Source of the DNA: a virus
Strand: one strand, 5' to 3'
DNA length: 64,000 nt
IMG/VR virus record: IMGVR_UViG_3300025141_016157
Span: 64,001-128,000 of that record
Shown here: positions 20,701 through 29,690 of the stretch, piece after piece
How the letters are laid out: each line of letters starts with the position of its first letter
How positions within the stretch are numbered: the stretch's first letter is position 1
The notes under the pieces: model-generated
What the model was told of the DNA's origin: nothing
What the model saw: the letters and a program-made list of their open reading frames with translations, nothing else
The model's database searches: none
Program-made: the position numbers and the translations under genes

Positions 20701-21389
20701 CAGTAAAGGACAAAAAGAAAGTTGCAATTAACTCAATTAAGAATGCAAATAGCGCATATGTCAGTAAGGGTCTTGAGAAGCAAAATCATATGAAGACGAG
20801 ATATGAAGTACAGTTCTTTGATTTAGATGCACCAAAGGTTGATGGAAAACTATATGTTTGGCATGAGGATTTAATGCCAAATCCCGATATGCTATTTATG
20901 GTTCGAGTAAGTCTTTTGCTTGATCCCGTTGCTACTGTTGCAGGACTTGGGCAGATGGTAGTTAATGAGACAGCATCTAAATATATGGGATTTCCTGCTG
21001 ACGCATTAAATATTTTCACAACTGATGCTGCTGAGTTTATGCATCCTGCAAACAATCCGATAACGAGAGCATTTGAAAATTCTGGCGGGCGGGGTCTAGC
21101 AGGTGTCTTGCAAAGTTTATCATATGACTGGTATGATAATACAATTCCATGGGAGACTGAGTGGGGCTCTAGGGCACCAATGATGGCAAAAGTAAGTGTA
21201 ACATTTGATGTTATTCATGATCTACCTCCGGGAATTGACTCCAGCGGATATAACAGAGCACCTGTATATAACGTAGGAAGGACTATGAATGCAATTTCAG
21301 GTGACGAAAATCCAGATCATGGGCAAGGCTCTAGGCAATCCTATACACGTGCAGGTATAAAAGCAGTTCAAAAACTTAAGAAGGAGTAG
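17775..21389 (+). CDS. Large baseplate/tube-initiator-like protein
   Basis: Tube-fold-like segment PFYFHD.R....F.AFL..LSDSF......GYGR.DPV.IY..T.R...F.F and a C-terminal WET...RAP; synteny. Confidence 0.6.
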   Translation: MSREKLGEFLESYTEGSTTTPGKISYTNRDRDGQGLDPGVDDLGIDPGSGRPLLQHNSKGPQGISLVNDFLSFLTNHAPNYYKLKQGATTAQSVKHLTEDGSPVVLKAAENTSAENVFVKTAESAGDGLGATMSQYSNSGYLDGLNNIVSKLGDITDPSMDEGPGPHSGNKLLTSIEGQDQNVTGKTFVDTTVDDLEQNSLNAVQGMLQERNRFNTSQERAFAPYDNSQLSKNMKTGKDGQGSRTAQSEYGSFVKSAPEMVNNDLAHVGRSMILQALGIDWSDSPGGATNPNEFEYDTESVIVNGAAMVLNTPTSVQFPRAKNAYGAPVVGDGVDSSPLSEGAFETDGESHSYGGHYTPDLAYSSPKSRAVLRARAAAVIIGMVIATKTVSDSLDIAYSTIELGRSHGKLGEAKRFAANAKTQVFQRLVIPVTRFPYSDCLNMGLTMLFGTSDMSFDKIKNVSNHQTISEAPGFWYAIGKSMLQKFAAASTSLTKNLESFESDPVGSSTAILADVTRSGIVGVINSIVQIGDIGLFSTGGTANLQNAANGGVRPWNVDSLVEGPQTRISKSRVNTNGQTSAALAWRGMSAPSLYLLPRNVIKAVVDSNTLNWGPNPIKAHTATSLIEKSYIDVNGYGPTAGISRGRIPTDVRRKMENTLDAEYVPFYFHDVRTNEMIGFHAFLTNLSDSFSPQFSSNKGYGRIDPVYIYKDTKRTVTFSFYVAATSKEDFDEMWFKINKLTTLVYPQWSKGSGLVDGDDNKIVQPFSQVIGATPLVRLRIGDVIRGNYSRFNLGRMFGIGTDEFKIADNTFGLGGGSSGFVNMTAPWTTAVSDFMIDYIFSTAYGSPMALLPFSGDAGASVADKLVRSVVGTGMEALGGSGIVNPIGAALILGELSNPDSDEAIADSLGTSNVVLDGVAALASKIATGRAKSNLGTGGGYTGTSFPFLKPSSNIGYTLVTESGETKLRTTIPYRVAVKDKKKVAINSIKNANSAYVSKGLEKQNHMKTRYEVQFFDLDAPKVDGKLYVWHEDLMPNPDMLFMVRVSLLLDPVATVAGLGQMVVNETASKYMGFPADALNIFTTDAAEFMHPANNPITRAFENSGGRGLAGVLQSLSYDWYDNTIPWETEWGSRAPMMAKVSVTFDVIHDLPPGIDSSGYNRAPVYNVGRTMNAISGDENPDHGQGSRQSYTRAGIKAVQKLKKE

Positions 21390-21394
21390 TATAA

Positions 21395-21691
21395 ATGTCA
21401 ATAGGAAGATACACATTTTCAGTGTCAATTGGTGAGGGAAAGGGAAAGTCAAACCCGAGAGTGTCAAGCAAAATATATACTGCCGTTACAACAGGTGCAA
21501 TTCCTATATCAATAAGAAAGCTAGAAAGGGGAGAGAGGCTAGACACAATATCAATGGATGCATATGGATCACCTGTCTATTGGTGGGTTATAGCAGCAGC
21601 ATCAGGGATAGGCTGGGGATTACAAGTACCACCTGGTACAACTATTAGAATACCAGTTAATATAGGACAGATATTAGGAATGGTGACATAG
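21395..21691 (+). CDS. LysM-like baseplate wedge protein (gp53/tail X-like)
   Basis: GERLD.I...YG...YWWVIA..SGI.....PPGT.IRIP. Confidence 0.8.
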   Translation: MSIGRYTFSVSIGEGKGKSNPRVSSKIYTAVTTGAIPISIRKLERGERLDTISMDAYGSPVYWWVIAAASGIGWGLQVPPGTTIRIPVNIGQILGMVT

Positions 21692-24600
21692 ATGGCATTT
21701 AAAGATATATTCACATCTGACGATACAATGAAAGTACCTCCAGAAAACAGGCTTGACCTAGCAGTGACAGCTCTAAGCAAGTACTATATGTCAACTGCAT
21801 CCGAAACAGAGTTAAAAAATTATAAAAGAGGGAATTCAAGTGATGATAAATCTATTGCAGAGGAAAAGCTAAATGCAAGAAAAGAATCATCAGAAGTGAA
21901 GAGAAAATTAAGATCACTTATTCAAGATACATCCATGGGCGGATTATTTGTTAACGAGATTATCAGGAAGGTTGAGGAAGATACAGTTTTAAAATCCTAC
22001 AAAGGTATTCAAAATATTTTAAAGGTTAAGTTTGAAAGTCATGCGCCAGGAGTTATAAACTCAACAGTTGAAAATGATAACGATAGAGGTATAAATGCAC
22101 AATGTGGTCAACTAATTGTTCAATCACCTGCAGAGTCACCAGATGATAGTGCACAGGCAGCTGCTGATGCAGTATCAGGAGATAGCGACGGAGATGGCGA
22201 TGAACCAGCGGGAATTGTTAATTCAGTAGTTGGGGGAAATGCATCGGGAATCCCAGATGCAATAAACAATCCATGGCTTTCTGCAATACTTGTCAACGAT
22301 AGCACTTTAACACCGGGAAATAATAGAAATGTAGCTGGTTCATTATTTTTCAATAGCATTCCAACAACTGAGATGTCGCAGTGTTCACCCTTTATCAAGA
22401 TTACGTTTATCACAGAAAATGATAATTTTCTAGACGGTGCCAGATCAATGACACTGCAGGGATTTACAAAAGCTTCTGACACATCTATGTGGGATTGGTC
22501 AACTGGAAAAAATATAGATTGGAACACACTTAGCCTAAGAAGGGATGCTGGGTTTGATGTTTCCGGTGAGGTATCAGCAGCAGCAATATCTGAAGAGGCA
22601 CCAGCAAACTCTGCGCTTAGAGAGTTCGAGGGGCTGACAATAGATGCTACCAGGGTCATAAGCAGCGGTATTGAACTATTTCAGGCACCACAAACTCTAA
22701 ACAATCTTGGTGTTGCTGATGACCCAGCACTGGGAGGAGCTCTTAATCCCTCTGCACCCCTAGCTTCATTGCAAAGATTAAGCATTGATATTAGTGGATT
22801 AGGTCTTTCTACACTTTGTAATAAAACTGCATCCATGGAGTTTATTTTACATGATAGATCTCAAATGAGGCTTATAGCACCCATAGTAGGTGCAAGCTCA
22901 TTTGCCGGGACACATGTTGAGATTGAGTATGGCTGGATGCACCCACAGGCATCGTTTGCTCAATCTGGTAATGTCTACGCAAACTTTCTAAACTCACTCA
23001 GGTCAAAGTCATTATTCAATATTCAGGTTGCAGATTTATCAGTTCTAGAGGATGGGCAAGTTAGAGTTAATTTAAAATTAGCCTCTAGGGGTGCAGCAGA
23101 AATGAATGCTGTTCCTGCTGCTAGTGGTGTATCGAAAGTTTCTGCAGCTATGATAGCTCCATTTTTAAATAAAGTTTTATCACAAATGTCTCATATGAAA
23201 TCTAAGTCATTCCAAGAGTCACAGCAGGCAGCAGCAGATGCAGAATCAGCATCAGAATATGTTGCTGCTGCAGCTAGAACAGCAGATAGAGAGCTTCTTG
23301 ACATTCAAAGAGGATTTTCTGCACAGGCAAACTTCAATACACCGAGAGCTATGATAGATCTTGGTTTGTATAGAGAGCTATTGTCCAATCTAAGGTCTGG
23401 AGCATCTTCTGTCGCACAATCTGCTGCAATATCATCTGCAATAGAGATAATTAATGATATTATGACAACTGCAGATGAAGATCAGGACTCAAGCGGTGCC
23501 AGGGTTACACTAGCAAGTGAGCTTGAAGCAAAAAGAGCAATGCTTGAAAGGCTTGATATCTTTGATAATGGAACAAATACTCCTGTGCAGGAAGTTGAAG
23601 CAGAGGATAGAGCAGCAGAAGGTGCTGCACCCGTTGATGCAAACGCAGAAGACGCAAGTACAAATAGAGGAACAATATCTCCAACCTTAGGGTCAGTTTT
23701 ATTGACATATATCGGAAGGCCCTTGCAGGCAATTGGAAAATGGGATGAAGTTCAAATGATTTTCTATCCGTTTAACTATCAAGCTGGTGCAATGACAATG
23801 ACAAATATTGCAAACTTTAGGCTTACTGGATTTCCAGACTTTTTAATGAAAATAATTGATGAAAGACCTTTCTGCTCGACGGCTCAATTTGCAGAAAAGC
23901 TATTTAAAGATGCATGTGGTCCTGAAACTATATCACATCCAAACTACTGGGGTGATGAAGCATACGCAAGAGTTGATCAGGAAGCACTTCGTGAGCTAGG
24001 AACAAGAGAAGAAAGGCTAGAGGCTATACAGGATGTACGACTTGCAAACGAAGCAGCATTATCAAGAATATATAGCACTCGCGGTAGAGAGCTTGCACCA
24101 GAGTTTGAAGTTCCAGATATTACTATGCTTACTGAGTGTGTTCCTGCAAAATCTTCACCTGAAGGACAGTCTAAATCAATTCTAAGGATTCATGTTTTCG
24201 ATGCAAAAGCAGGAGTACCAATAGAGGCAAATTTACTATCACAAATAGTTCAAGGAAATGAGCTTGCAATTAGAGTCAAACCAGAGGGTATACAACCTAG
24301 TTCAGATGCATCTGAGGAAGACGAGGCTGATCAAGGCACTGTTGCAGAAAGTGAAAGTGATGAAGCAGCAGCAGAGCAACTAGCCGGGATAGTTGCAAAT
24401 GATGAAGTTGGTCAAGGAGAGTCTGATGCAACAGATGCTGTTCCCGTGCCTCATACACTTTATATTTCAAAAATATCAGCAGAAATGATTAAAGATGCAA
24501 TAAAGTCAGTATACCCATCAATAACTTTCGGGTCACAATTTACAAATGTATTTAGCTTTGGAATGTCTTCTAATACAGGCGGAGCAGTAAATCAGGTTTT

Positions 24601-24934
24601 ACTGCTTAACGCCATTGAACAAAACAGGGATGAAGACTCAGGACCACAAAGAAACTCTAATATAGACGATGTATTTGTCATTCCTACAAATGCAACGTTA
24701 CAAACAGCTGGGTTTCCCAATGTTACTTACGGTCAAAAATACTATATTGACATGGGAACAGGAACAACAGCTGATAACTTCTACTATGTAGTTGGAATCA
24801 GACACACGTTGACACCGGGATCGTATGAGACTACTTTAACGCTAACATATAATGGATCAGGAACAAGTAGGTCTTTAAGAACTGCAATGTCAACAGTTGC
24901 CGGTGTTGTATACCCGGGTGATAGTGTAGGATAA
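21692..24934 (+). CDS. Baseplate hub-like protein
   Basis: IEYGW.HP; C-terminal G.P....GQ..YID.GTGT.ADN.Y.V.GI.H.L.PG.YET.L.L typical of hub proteins. Confidence 0.6.
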   Translation: MAFKDIFTSDDTMKVPPENRLDLAVTALSKYYMSTASETELKNYKRGNSSDDKSIAEEKLNARKESSEVKRKLRSLIQDTSMGGLFVNEIIRKVEEDTVLKSYKGIQNILKVKFESHAPGVINSTVENDNDRGINAQCGQLIVQSPAESPDDSAQAAADAVSGDSDGDGDEPAGIVNSVVGGNASGIPDAINNPWLSAILVNDSTLTPGNNRNVAGSLFFNSIPTTEMSQCSPFIKITFITENDNFLDGARSMTLQGFTKASDTSMWDWSTGKNIDWNTLSLRRDAGFDVSGEVSAAAISEEAPANSALREFEGLTIDATRVISSGIELFQAPQTLNNLGVADDPALGGALNPSAPLASLQRLSIDISGLGLSTLCNKTASMEFILHDRSQMRLIAPIVGASSFAGTHVEIEYGWMHPQASFAQSGNVYANFLNSLRSKSLFNIQVADLSVLEDGQVRVNLKLASRGAAEMNAVPAASGVSKVSAAMIAPFLNKVLSQMSHMKSKSFQESQQAAADAESASEYVAAAARTADRELLDIQRGFSAQANFNTPRAMIDLGLYRELLSNLRSGASSVAQSAAISSAIEIINDIMTTADEDQDSSGARVTLASELEAKRAMLERLDIFDNGTNTPVQEVEAEDRAAEGAAPVDANAEDASTNRGTISPTLGSVLLTYIGRPLQAIGKWDEVQMIFYPFNYQAGAMTMTNIANFRLTGFPDFLMKIIDERPFCSTAQFAEKLFKDACGPETISHPNYWGDEAYARVDQEALRELGTREERLEAIQDVRLANEAALSRIYSTRGRELAPEFEVPDITMLTECVPAKSSPEGQSKSILRIHVFDAKAGVPIEANLLSQIVQGNELAIRVKPEGIQPSSDASEEDEADQGTVAESESDEAAAEQLAGIVANDEVGQGESDATDAVPVPHTLYISKISAEMIKDAIKSVYPSITFGSQFTNVFSFGMSSNTGGAVNQVLLLNAIEQNRDEDSGPQRNSNIDDVFVIPTNATLQTAGFPNVTYGQKYYIDMGTGTTADNFYYVVGIRHTLTPGSYETTLTLTYNGSGTSRSLRTAMSTVAGVVYPGDSVG

Positions 24935-24943
24935 AATAACATA

Positions 24944-24972
24944 TTGAAAATACAGGGATTGGATGTTATAAT
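24944..24972 (+). promoter_or_regulatory. sigma70-like promoter (probably leaderless transcript)
   Basis: TTGAAA-N17-TATAAT with TG extension; ATG follows after 6 nt. Confidence 0.8.
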
Positions 24973-24978
24973 CAATCT

Positions 24979-26163
24979 ATGATTTTAGCAATTTCATCTC
25001 GAACAATAGGGTCTGATCTCAATTTAATCTTCGATGGATCAGAATGGTCATGGTCAAAGAATTTTCCGAAAGAATCTCTTCTCTGGGGTTTTGAAGACTA
25101 TAGAGATTTAAGAGATGCAGCTAGCTCACTAAAGCTAGATATTCCAGAATTTTGGAATACACCGTGGGGAAATGCTCAATCACACGTTCAAAAAAAGTTT
25201 TCATATGTAAAGTGGCAACATGCACTCCCGGTATCACAGTGGAAAGATATAGTAACAAGGCTTGTAGATCAGCTCTGGAGACATTTCTCATGTGAAGATA
25301 ACAGTTACTATGTTAGTACTCACATAAGAAATCGTAGAATCACCCAGGGACTCTCTAGGCCTATTGTATCGGACGCTCTGTGTAGGGAGAAGATAGATAG
25401 CGCAAAGAACGGAAAAAGAGGGCTTGTAGAAAGATTTTTGCCTATAGATGATGGAAAGCCAGAAAGGTCGATATACTCATTTTCAAACACAGTTACTGGT
25501 AGAATGACAATAAAAAAAGGTCCAAACATTCTTACTTTAAAAAAAGAAGATAGAAATATTCTTAAATCTAGATTTAAGAATGGAAAACTTATAGAGATAG
25601 ACCTTCAATCTGCAGAGCCAAGAGTTGCACTTTCTATGTTTGACAAACATATAGACGGAGACATATACAGTGAGATAATAAAGTCGCTTGGCATGAATAT
25701 TACAAGAGATATATCAAAAATTGCAACAATATCAGCACTCTATGGTGCATCACATCATGCTTTGTCATCACATGTTTCAAATAGCTCTGATGCAATGAAA
25801 ATCATAGATTCAGTAAAGGAGTACTTTGGAGTCAGGCATTTAGAAAAAATGATTATAGATCAACACAGTGAGAACTCGTATATTACAAATACGCATGGTA
25901 GAAAAATCTTTTCAGAATCAGCCAGCGTTAATCATTTAATACAGTCATCTACTGTAGATGTTGCATTTGATGTTTTCGAATTGATTATAGGAAAGATAAA
26001 AGAGTTGAAAATAGATGCAGTTCCAGTGTATATTATACACGATGCTATTATCTTCGATGCTAGAGAAAAAGATCTTGAAAAAATTTATAAAATATGTGAA
26101 GATGGGTTTGTATCAAAAACTGTGAAGACTAGATTTCCAGTTAAAATAAAGGAGATAGAATGA
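24979..26163 (+). CDS. Minimal family A DNA polymerase domain protein
   Basis: T.TGR, motif A D.QSAEPR, motif B-like K....SALYG, N..IQS, motif C IHDA. Confidence 0.8.
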   Translation: MILAISSRTIGSDLNLIFDGSEWSWSKNFPKESLLWGFEDYRDLRDAASSLKLDIPEFWNTPWGNAQSHVQKKFSYVKWQHALPVSQWKDIVTRLVDQLWRHFSCEDNSYYVSTHIRNRRITQGLSRPIVSDALCREKIDSAKNGKRGLVERFLPIDDGKPERSIYSFSNTVTGRMTIKKGPNILTLKKEDRNILKSRFKNGKLIEIDLQSAEPRVALSMFDKHIDGDIYSEIIKSLGMNITRDISKIATISALYGASHHALSSHVSNSSDAMKIIDSVKEYFGVRHLEKMIIDQHSENSYITNTHGRKIFSESASVNHLIQSSTVDVAFDVFELIIGKIKELKIDAVPVYIIHDAIIFDAREKDLEKIYKICEDGFVSKTVKTRFPVKIKEIE

Positions 26164-26741
26164 CCTCAAAAATAGAAGAAAAAATAAGATTAAATTGGGA
26201 AAAATACCAAATGCTATCAGAAAAACTTGGTGACGAAAATATAAATATTTTTCTTGAATTTATGGGTGAAAGGCTTGTCATGTGTCCTGCATCGCTTAAA
26301 GAAAATGAGTATAACTCAAGACCTGGTGGGCTTATTGAACATGCACTAGATGTTGCATTAGCAATGAAATCTATTAATGAAGCTTTAGACCTTGGTGTTT
26401 CAACATCATCTATTTTAAAAGTTGGTCTTTTTCATGAAGTTGGAAAGATAGGAGATGAGGAGAATTCTTGGGTAGTTGAACAAGATTCTGACTGGCATCG
26501 CGAAAAGCTTAAGCAAAATTATAAATATAATGAAAATGCTCCTAAGATGTCTATATCGCATAGAACACTATATCTACTTCAAAAATTTAATATTAATCTT
26601 ACACAAGATGAGTGGATTGCAATTCAGATTGCACCCGGATCACACTATGAAGAGAATAGGTTTTATGTCGGATCAGAACCTCCACTAGGTATCCTTTTAC
26701 AAAAAGCTAAGTCTTTAGTAATTCATCAGTCAACAAGCTAG
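26160..26741 (+). CDS. HD-domain-like hydrolase
   Basis: CPAS....Y...PGGL.EH.L, LFHEVGKIG (HD appears as HE). Confidence 0.7.
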   Translation: MTSKIEEKIRLNWEKYQMLSEKLGDENINIFLEFMGERLVMCPASLKENEYNSRPGGLIEHALDVALAMKSINEALDLGVSTSSILKVGLFHEVGKIGDEENSWVVEQDSDWHREKLKQNYKYNENAPKMSISHRTLYLLQKFNINLTQDEWIAIQIAPGSHYEENRFYVGSEPPLGILLQKAKSLVIHQSTS

Positions 26742-26761
26742 GAATAGAATATTTATATGAT

Positions 26762-28480
26762 ATGCCTACTAAGAAAGATAATTTTTTAAAAAGATATTTC
26801 ACACAAAGGTCTGATCTATCAGGACCAATTTCAAGATCTGGCGATGGCTTCGGTGCTGCTGGTGCTATGGGTAGTGGAGATGGGTATAAAGAAAAAATAG
26901 GAAGGGAAAAGATACCGTGGTATCTAAGCGACTTTAGAGGTCAACCATCTATGGCAGCGGACTCAGGATTCTCTTCAATAGTTATGTCAAGAGTAAATAA
27001 GGGAAGAGATGAAATTCACGATCCTAAGAGAATGTTTCCAGATCAAGATGTGAAAGATTCAGATGAGGAAGATAATTACTTATCAAGGGCTCAGCATAAA
27101 ATGAAAGAATCATCACAAAAATATTTTAATGAAAATCATATAGTAAAAAATTCCCAATATTCCCTATCAGAGTTGTCATCCCTTATGGGTGAAGATATTG
27201 ACTGGGAAAGGTTTATACCTGATCCCGTTGAAGACTTGGGATCAAGTATTTCAACAGGCATAAGTGATAACTGGAGATCATTAGTTCCCGACTCACTAGA
27301 AGATGAGGCCGAAGATGCTTACGAGTATGTATCAGATCTTTTATCACAGGCAGCCACCCAGGGAGAAGAGGCGTATGACTTACTTTCAGATAAGATAGAT
27401 ACTCTTACACAAGATTCTGAAACGTTTAGAGACGTTAAAGATATAGCAATGGAAGTCGGCAGAGACTTTATAGCACTAACTGCTGCTGGGATACCAGTAA
27501 TCGGAACACCTCTTGCCGCCGCTTATGTTTTATACAATCTATCAGAGCTAGACGAAGGGCAAGAGCAGGCAAGAAGGTCTATAGATCTACTCTTGACTAA
27601 TGGATCGTATGAAAATCTTGAAAATATGCAAAGAGTATCTGGCGATCTATTTGATGATTACATAGATCTTCTTCAGGCGTCGACATATCTTATTCCGTTT
27701 GTTGGAGTTGGAAGGGGAATTGTTGGGACAGCGGGAAAGCTTTTAAATAGAACAAAAGCTACAACAGCAACTGCTTTTTTAGGCCTAACTGGTTCAAGTG
27801 TTCTAAAGTCTGCTATAAAATCAGAAATACTGCTTAGTAATGTCTTTAAGATTGCAGCCAGGATGGCAAACTCAGACGTTGCTGACTCCCTAGGTTTAGA
27901 CAAAACTTACTTTTTTGATTCAATTGTTAAAATACCATCTACGCTAATAGTCATGGCAGATATTATAGAAGAGGCGATTAAGCAGTATGAATCATGGGAA
28001 CAGTCAGGATCACATTCACAATTTAGATTTAATCCCTCACCTCTTTCACTACAAAGAAGTGAAATTCAAAGTTCTGAAGAGAGGTTAGCAAGTGATGACT
28101 ATTTGACAGGTATCGAAGAGTGGATAAGGTCTGTTTCTAGAGACGTTACAGATTCAGTCCTGGGATCAGGACCAGATATAACAATTGAGGCAAAAAAAAT
28201 GAAAGATAATGAGAAGATATTAAGAGCATTTATTAGAGAGTCAATCTATCATACTACAAGAACTGAGCTAGAAGCAAAACCAGCCGGATGGGAGTACAGA
28301 GTACCACCCACATCAGATGAAGATGATACATCTGCAATGGGATCAGGAAAAGATCTTGTTAATTTTAAAACAGACATGGGATATGCAAGCTATCAGTCAA
28401 GACCAGAGAATATAAAAGAACAAGCGCTAAGACGAATTATTAGAAGAAAAATTAGAATTTCTGAGTCTAAAAAAAAGTAG
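26762..28480 (+). CDS. Hypothetical late protein with hydrophobic IP[VF][IV]G segments and internal tag-like helices
   Basis: 572 aa; ATATTTA upstream; ends at an A_AAA_AAG-TAG slippery site. Confidence 0.8.
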   Translation: MPTKKDNFLKRYFTQRSDLSGPISRSGDGFGAAGAMGSGDGYKEKIGREKIPWYLSDFRGQPSMAADSGFSSIVMSRVNKGRDEIHDPKRMFPDQDVKDSDEEDNYLSRAQHKMKESSQKYFNENHIVKNSQYSLSELSSLMGEDIDWERFIPDPVEDLGSSISTGISDNWRSLVPDSLEDEAEDAYEYVSDLLSQAATQGEEAYDLLSDKIDTLTQDSETFRDVKDIAMEVGRDFIALTAAGIPVIGTPLAAAYVLYNLSELDEGQEQARRSIDLLLTNGSYENLENMQRVSGDLFDDYIDLLQASTYLIPFVGVGRGIVGTAGKLLNRTKATTATAFLGLTGSSVLKSAIKSEILLSNVFKIAARMANSDVADSLGLDKTYFFDSIVKIPSTLIVMADIIEEAIKQYESWEQSGSHSQFRFNPSPLSLQRSEIQSSEERLASDDYLTGIEEWIRSVSRDVTDSVLGSGPDITIEAKKMKDNEKILRAFIRESIYHTTRTELEAKPAGWEYRVPPTSDEDDTSAMGSGKDLVNFKTDMGYASYQSRPENIKEQALRRIIRRKIRISESKKK

Positions 28481-28698
28481 ATAGTGATAATGAGCCTCTA
28501 GATATTGATGAAGATTGCTCAGCAGAACACATCGACGAATTTAGCTCAATAGGCGGCGGATCAATTTCCGGATACACACTTCCCCTTGGAATGAAAGGCA
28601 AGGGAAGCGCAATGGATAGTGTCTTTCCCTGGAAGAAAGTAAAAAATAAGTCACAAAGTAAGAAAAAAAGATCAAAAAAGACTTCTAAAAAATCTTGA
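28477..28698 (+). CDS. Start-less -1 frame extension of the 26762 gene
   Basis: 73 sense codons VDSDNEPLDIDE..IDEFSSIGGGSISGYTLPLG..KKTSKKS, bounded upstream by TAA at 28468. Confidence 0.65.
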   Translation, partial: VDSDNEPLDIDEDCSAEHIDEFSSIGGGSISGYTLPLGMKGKGSAMDSVFPWKKVKNKSQSKKKRSKKTSKKS

Positions 28699-28723
28699 AA
28701 ATATTTTCTATTTGCTGTAATAT
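28695..28723 (+). promoter_or_regulatory. sigma70-like promoter for SSB
   Basis: TTGAAA-N17-TAATAT. Confidence 0.6.
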
Positions 28724-28795
28724 CATTATGCAATGGCAAATTAAACATTAAAAACTAACACATTGCAATTTAAAAACTAAAAGGAAAAAAATAAC

Positions 28796-29581
28796 ATGGC
28801 AATTGATTTTGAAGCAATTAGAAAAAAGCTTGATCGGCTTAGTGGAGCAACACGAAATAGATCGGTTATGTGGAAACCAACTGAAGGTGAAGAGCACGTC
28901 GTTCGGCTGCTTTCTTTTCCCGATAATGATGGACAACCATTTAGGGAGATGTGGTTCTACTACGGGATTGGAAACAATAGAGGACTATTGGCACCGAACC
29001 AGTTTGGAAAACCTGATCCCATTCAGGAGTTAATTACTAATCTTCGAGAGGATGGGTCAAAGGAGTCTTATGAGCTAGCAAAGAAGCTATATCCAAAGAT
29101 GAGAACATATGCGCCTGTCATTGTTCGCGGAGAAGAGGACAAAGGTGTTCAAATTTGGGGATTTGGAAAGACTGTTTACCAGGCACTTCTAGGTCTCATG
29201 CTTGATGAAGACTATGGTGATATTACAGATCCAAAGACTGGAAGAGATATAAAGGTGTCATGTGTTAAGCAGCCAGGAAGAAAGTGGGCAATGACTGAAG
29301 TTCGACCAAGAGGAAAGCAGTCAAATCTTGCGACTAGCTCCGAGAAAGCTTCAGAGTGGACTACAACTATTCCGAATCTTGATGACATTTATACATGCAA
29401 GACTTACGATGAGCTATCAAAGATTGTCAATGATTGGATCTCTGACGAAGAAGATGATGGATTCGGAAGTGATGGTCTAGATAATTCATCTAATACAACA
29501 AGTACAAGTAGCACGACAGAAGCGTCTAGCAAGTCATACAATAATTTAGACGATGCTTTTGCTGATTTGATGGATGAATAA
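28796..29581 (+). CDS. Single-stranded DNA-binding protein (gp32-like)
   Basis: WKP..G...VR.L, DPI.E, W.FGK.VY, DITDP..GRD; acidic C-terminal tail LDDAFADLMDE. Confidence 0.85.
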   Translation: MAIDFEAIRKKLDRLSGATRNRSVMWKPTEGEEHVVRLLSFPDNDGQPFREMWFYYGIGNNRGLLAPNQFGKPDPIQELITNLREDGSKESYELAKKLYPKMRTYAPVIVRGEEDKGVQIWGFGKTVYQALLGLMLDEDYGDITDPKTGRDIKVSCVKQPGRKWAMTEVRPRGKQSNLATSSEKASEWTTTIPNLDDIYTCKTYDELSKIVNDWISDEEDDGFGSDGLDNSSNTTSTSSTTEASSKSYNNLDDAFADLMDE

Positions 29582-29609
29582 GAAATCTTAAAATATTAGA
29601 AATATAAAT

Positions 29610-29641
29610 AAGCGGCACCAGATTTAATCTGGTGCCGCTTT
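29610..29641 (+). terminator. Perfect 15-bp inverted repeat/terminator
   Basis: AAGCGGCACCAGATT-t-AATCTGGTGCCGCTT. Confidence 0.8.
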
Positions 29642-29668
29642 GAACATATACTGTTTTTACTGTATATT
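29640..29668 (+). promoter_or_regulatory. sigma70-like promoter for recA operon
   Basis: TTGAAC-N17-TATATT. Confidence 0.65.
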
Positions 29669-29690
29669 AAATCATATTTTAGAGGAAGAA

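Noticed and set aside
6935-24934. Extracellular contractile injection system or tailocin
   Set aside because: Capsid, neck and full replication genes are adjacent, so this is a phage tail.
28478-28501. TAG readthrough at the end of the 26762 gene
   Set aside because: The zero frame hits another TAG after six codons; only the -1 frame is long.
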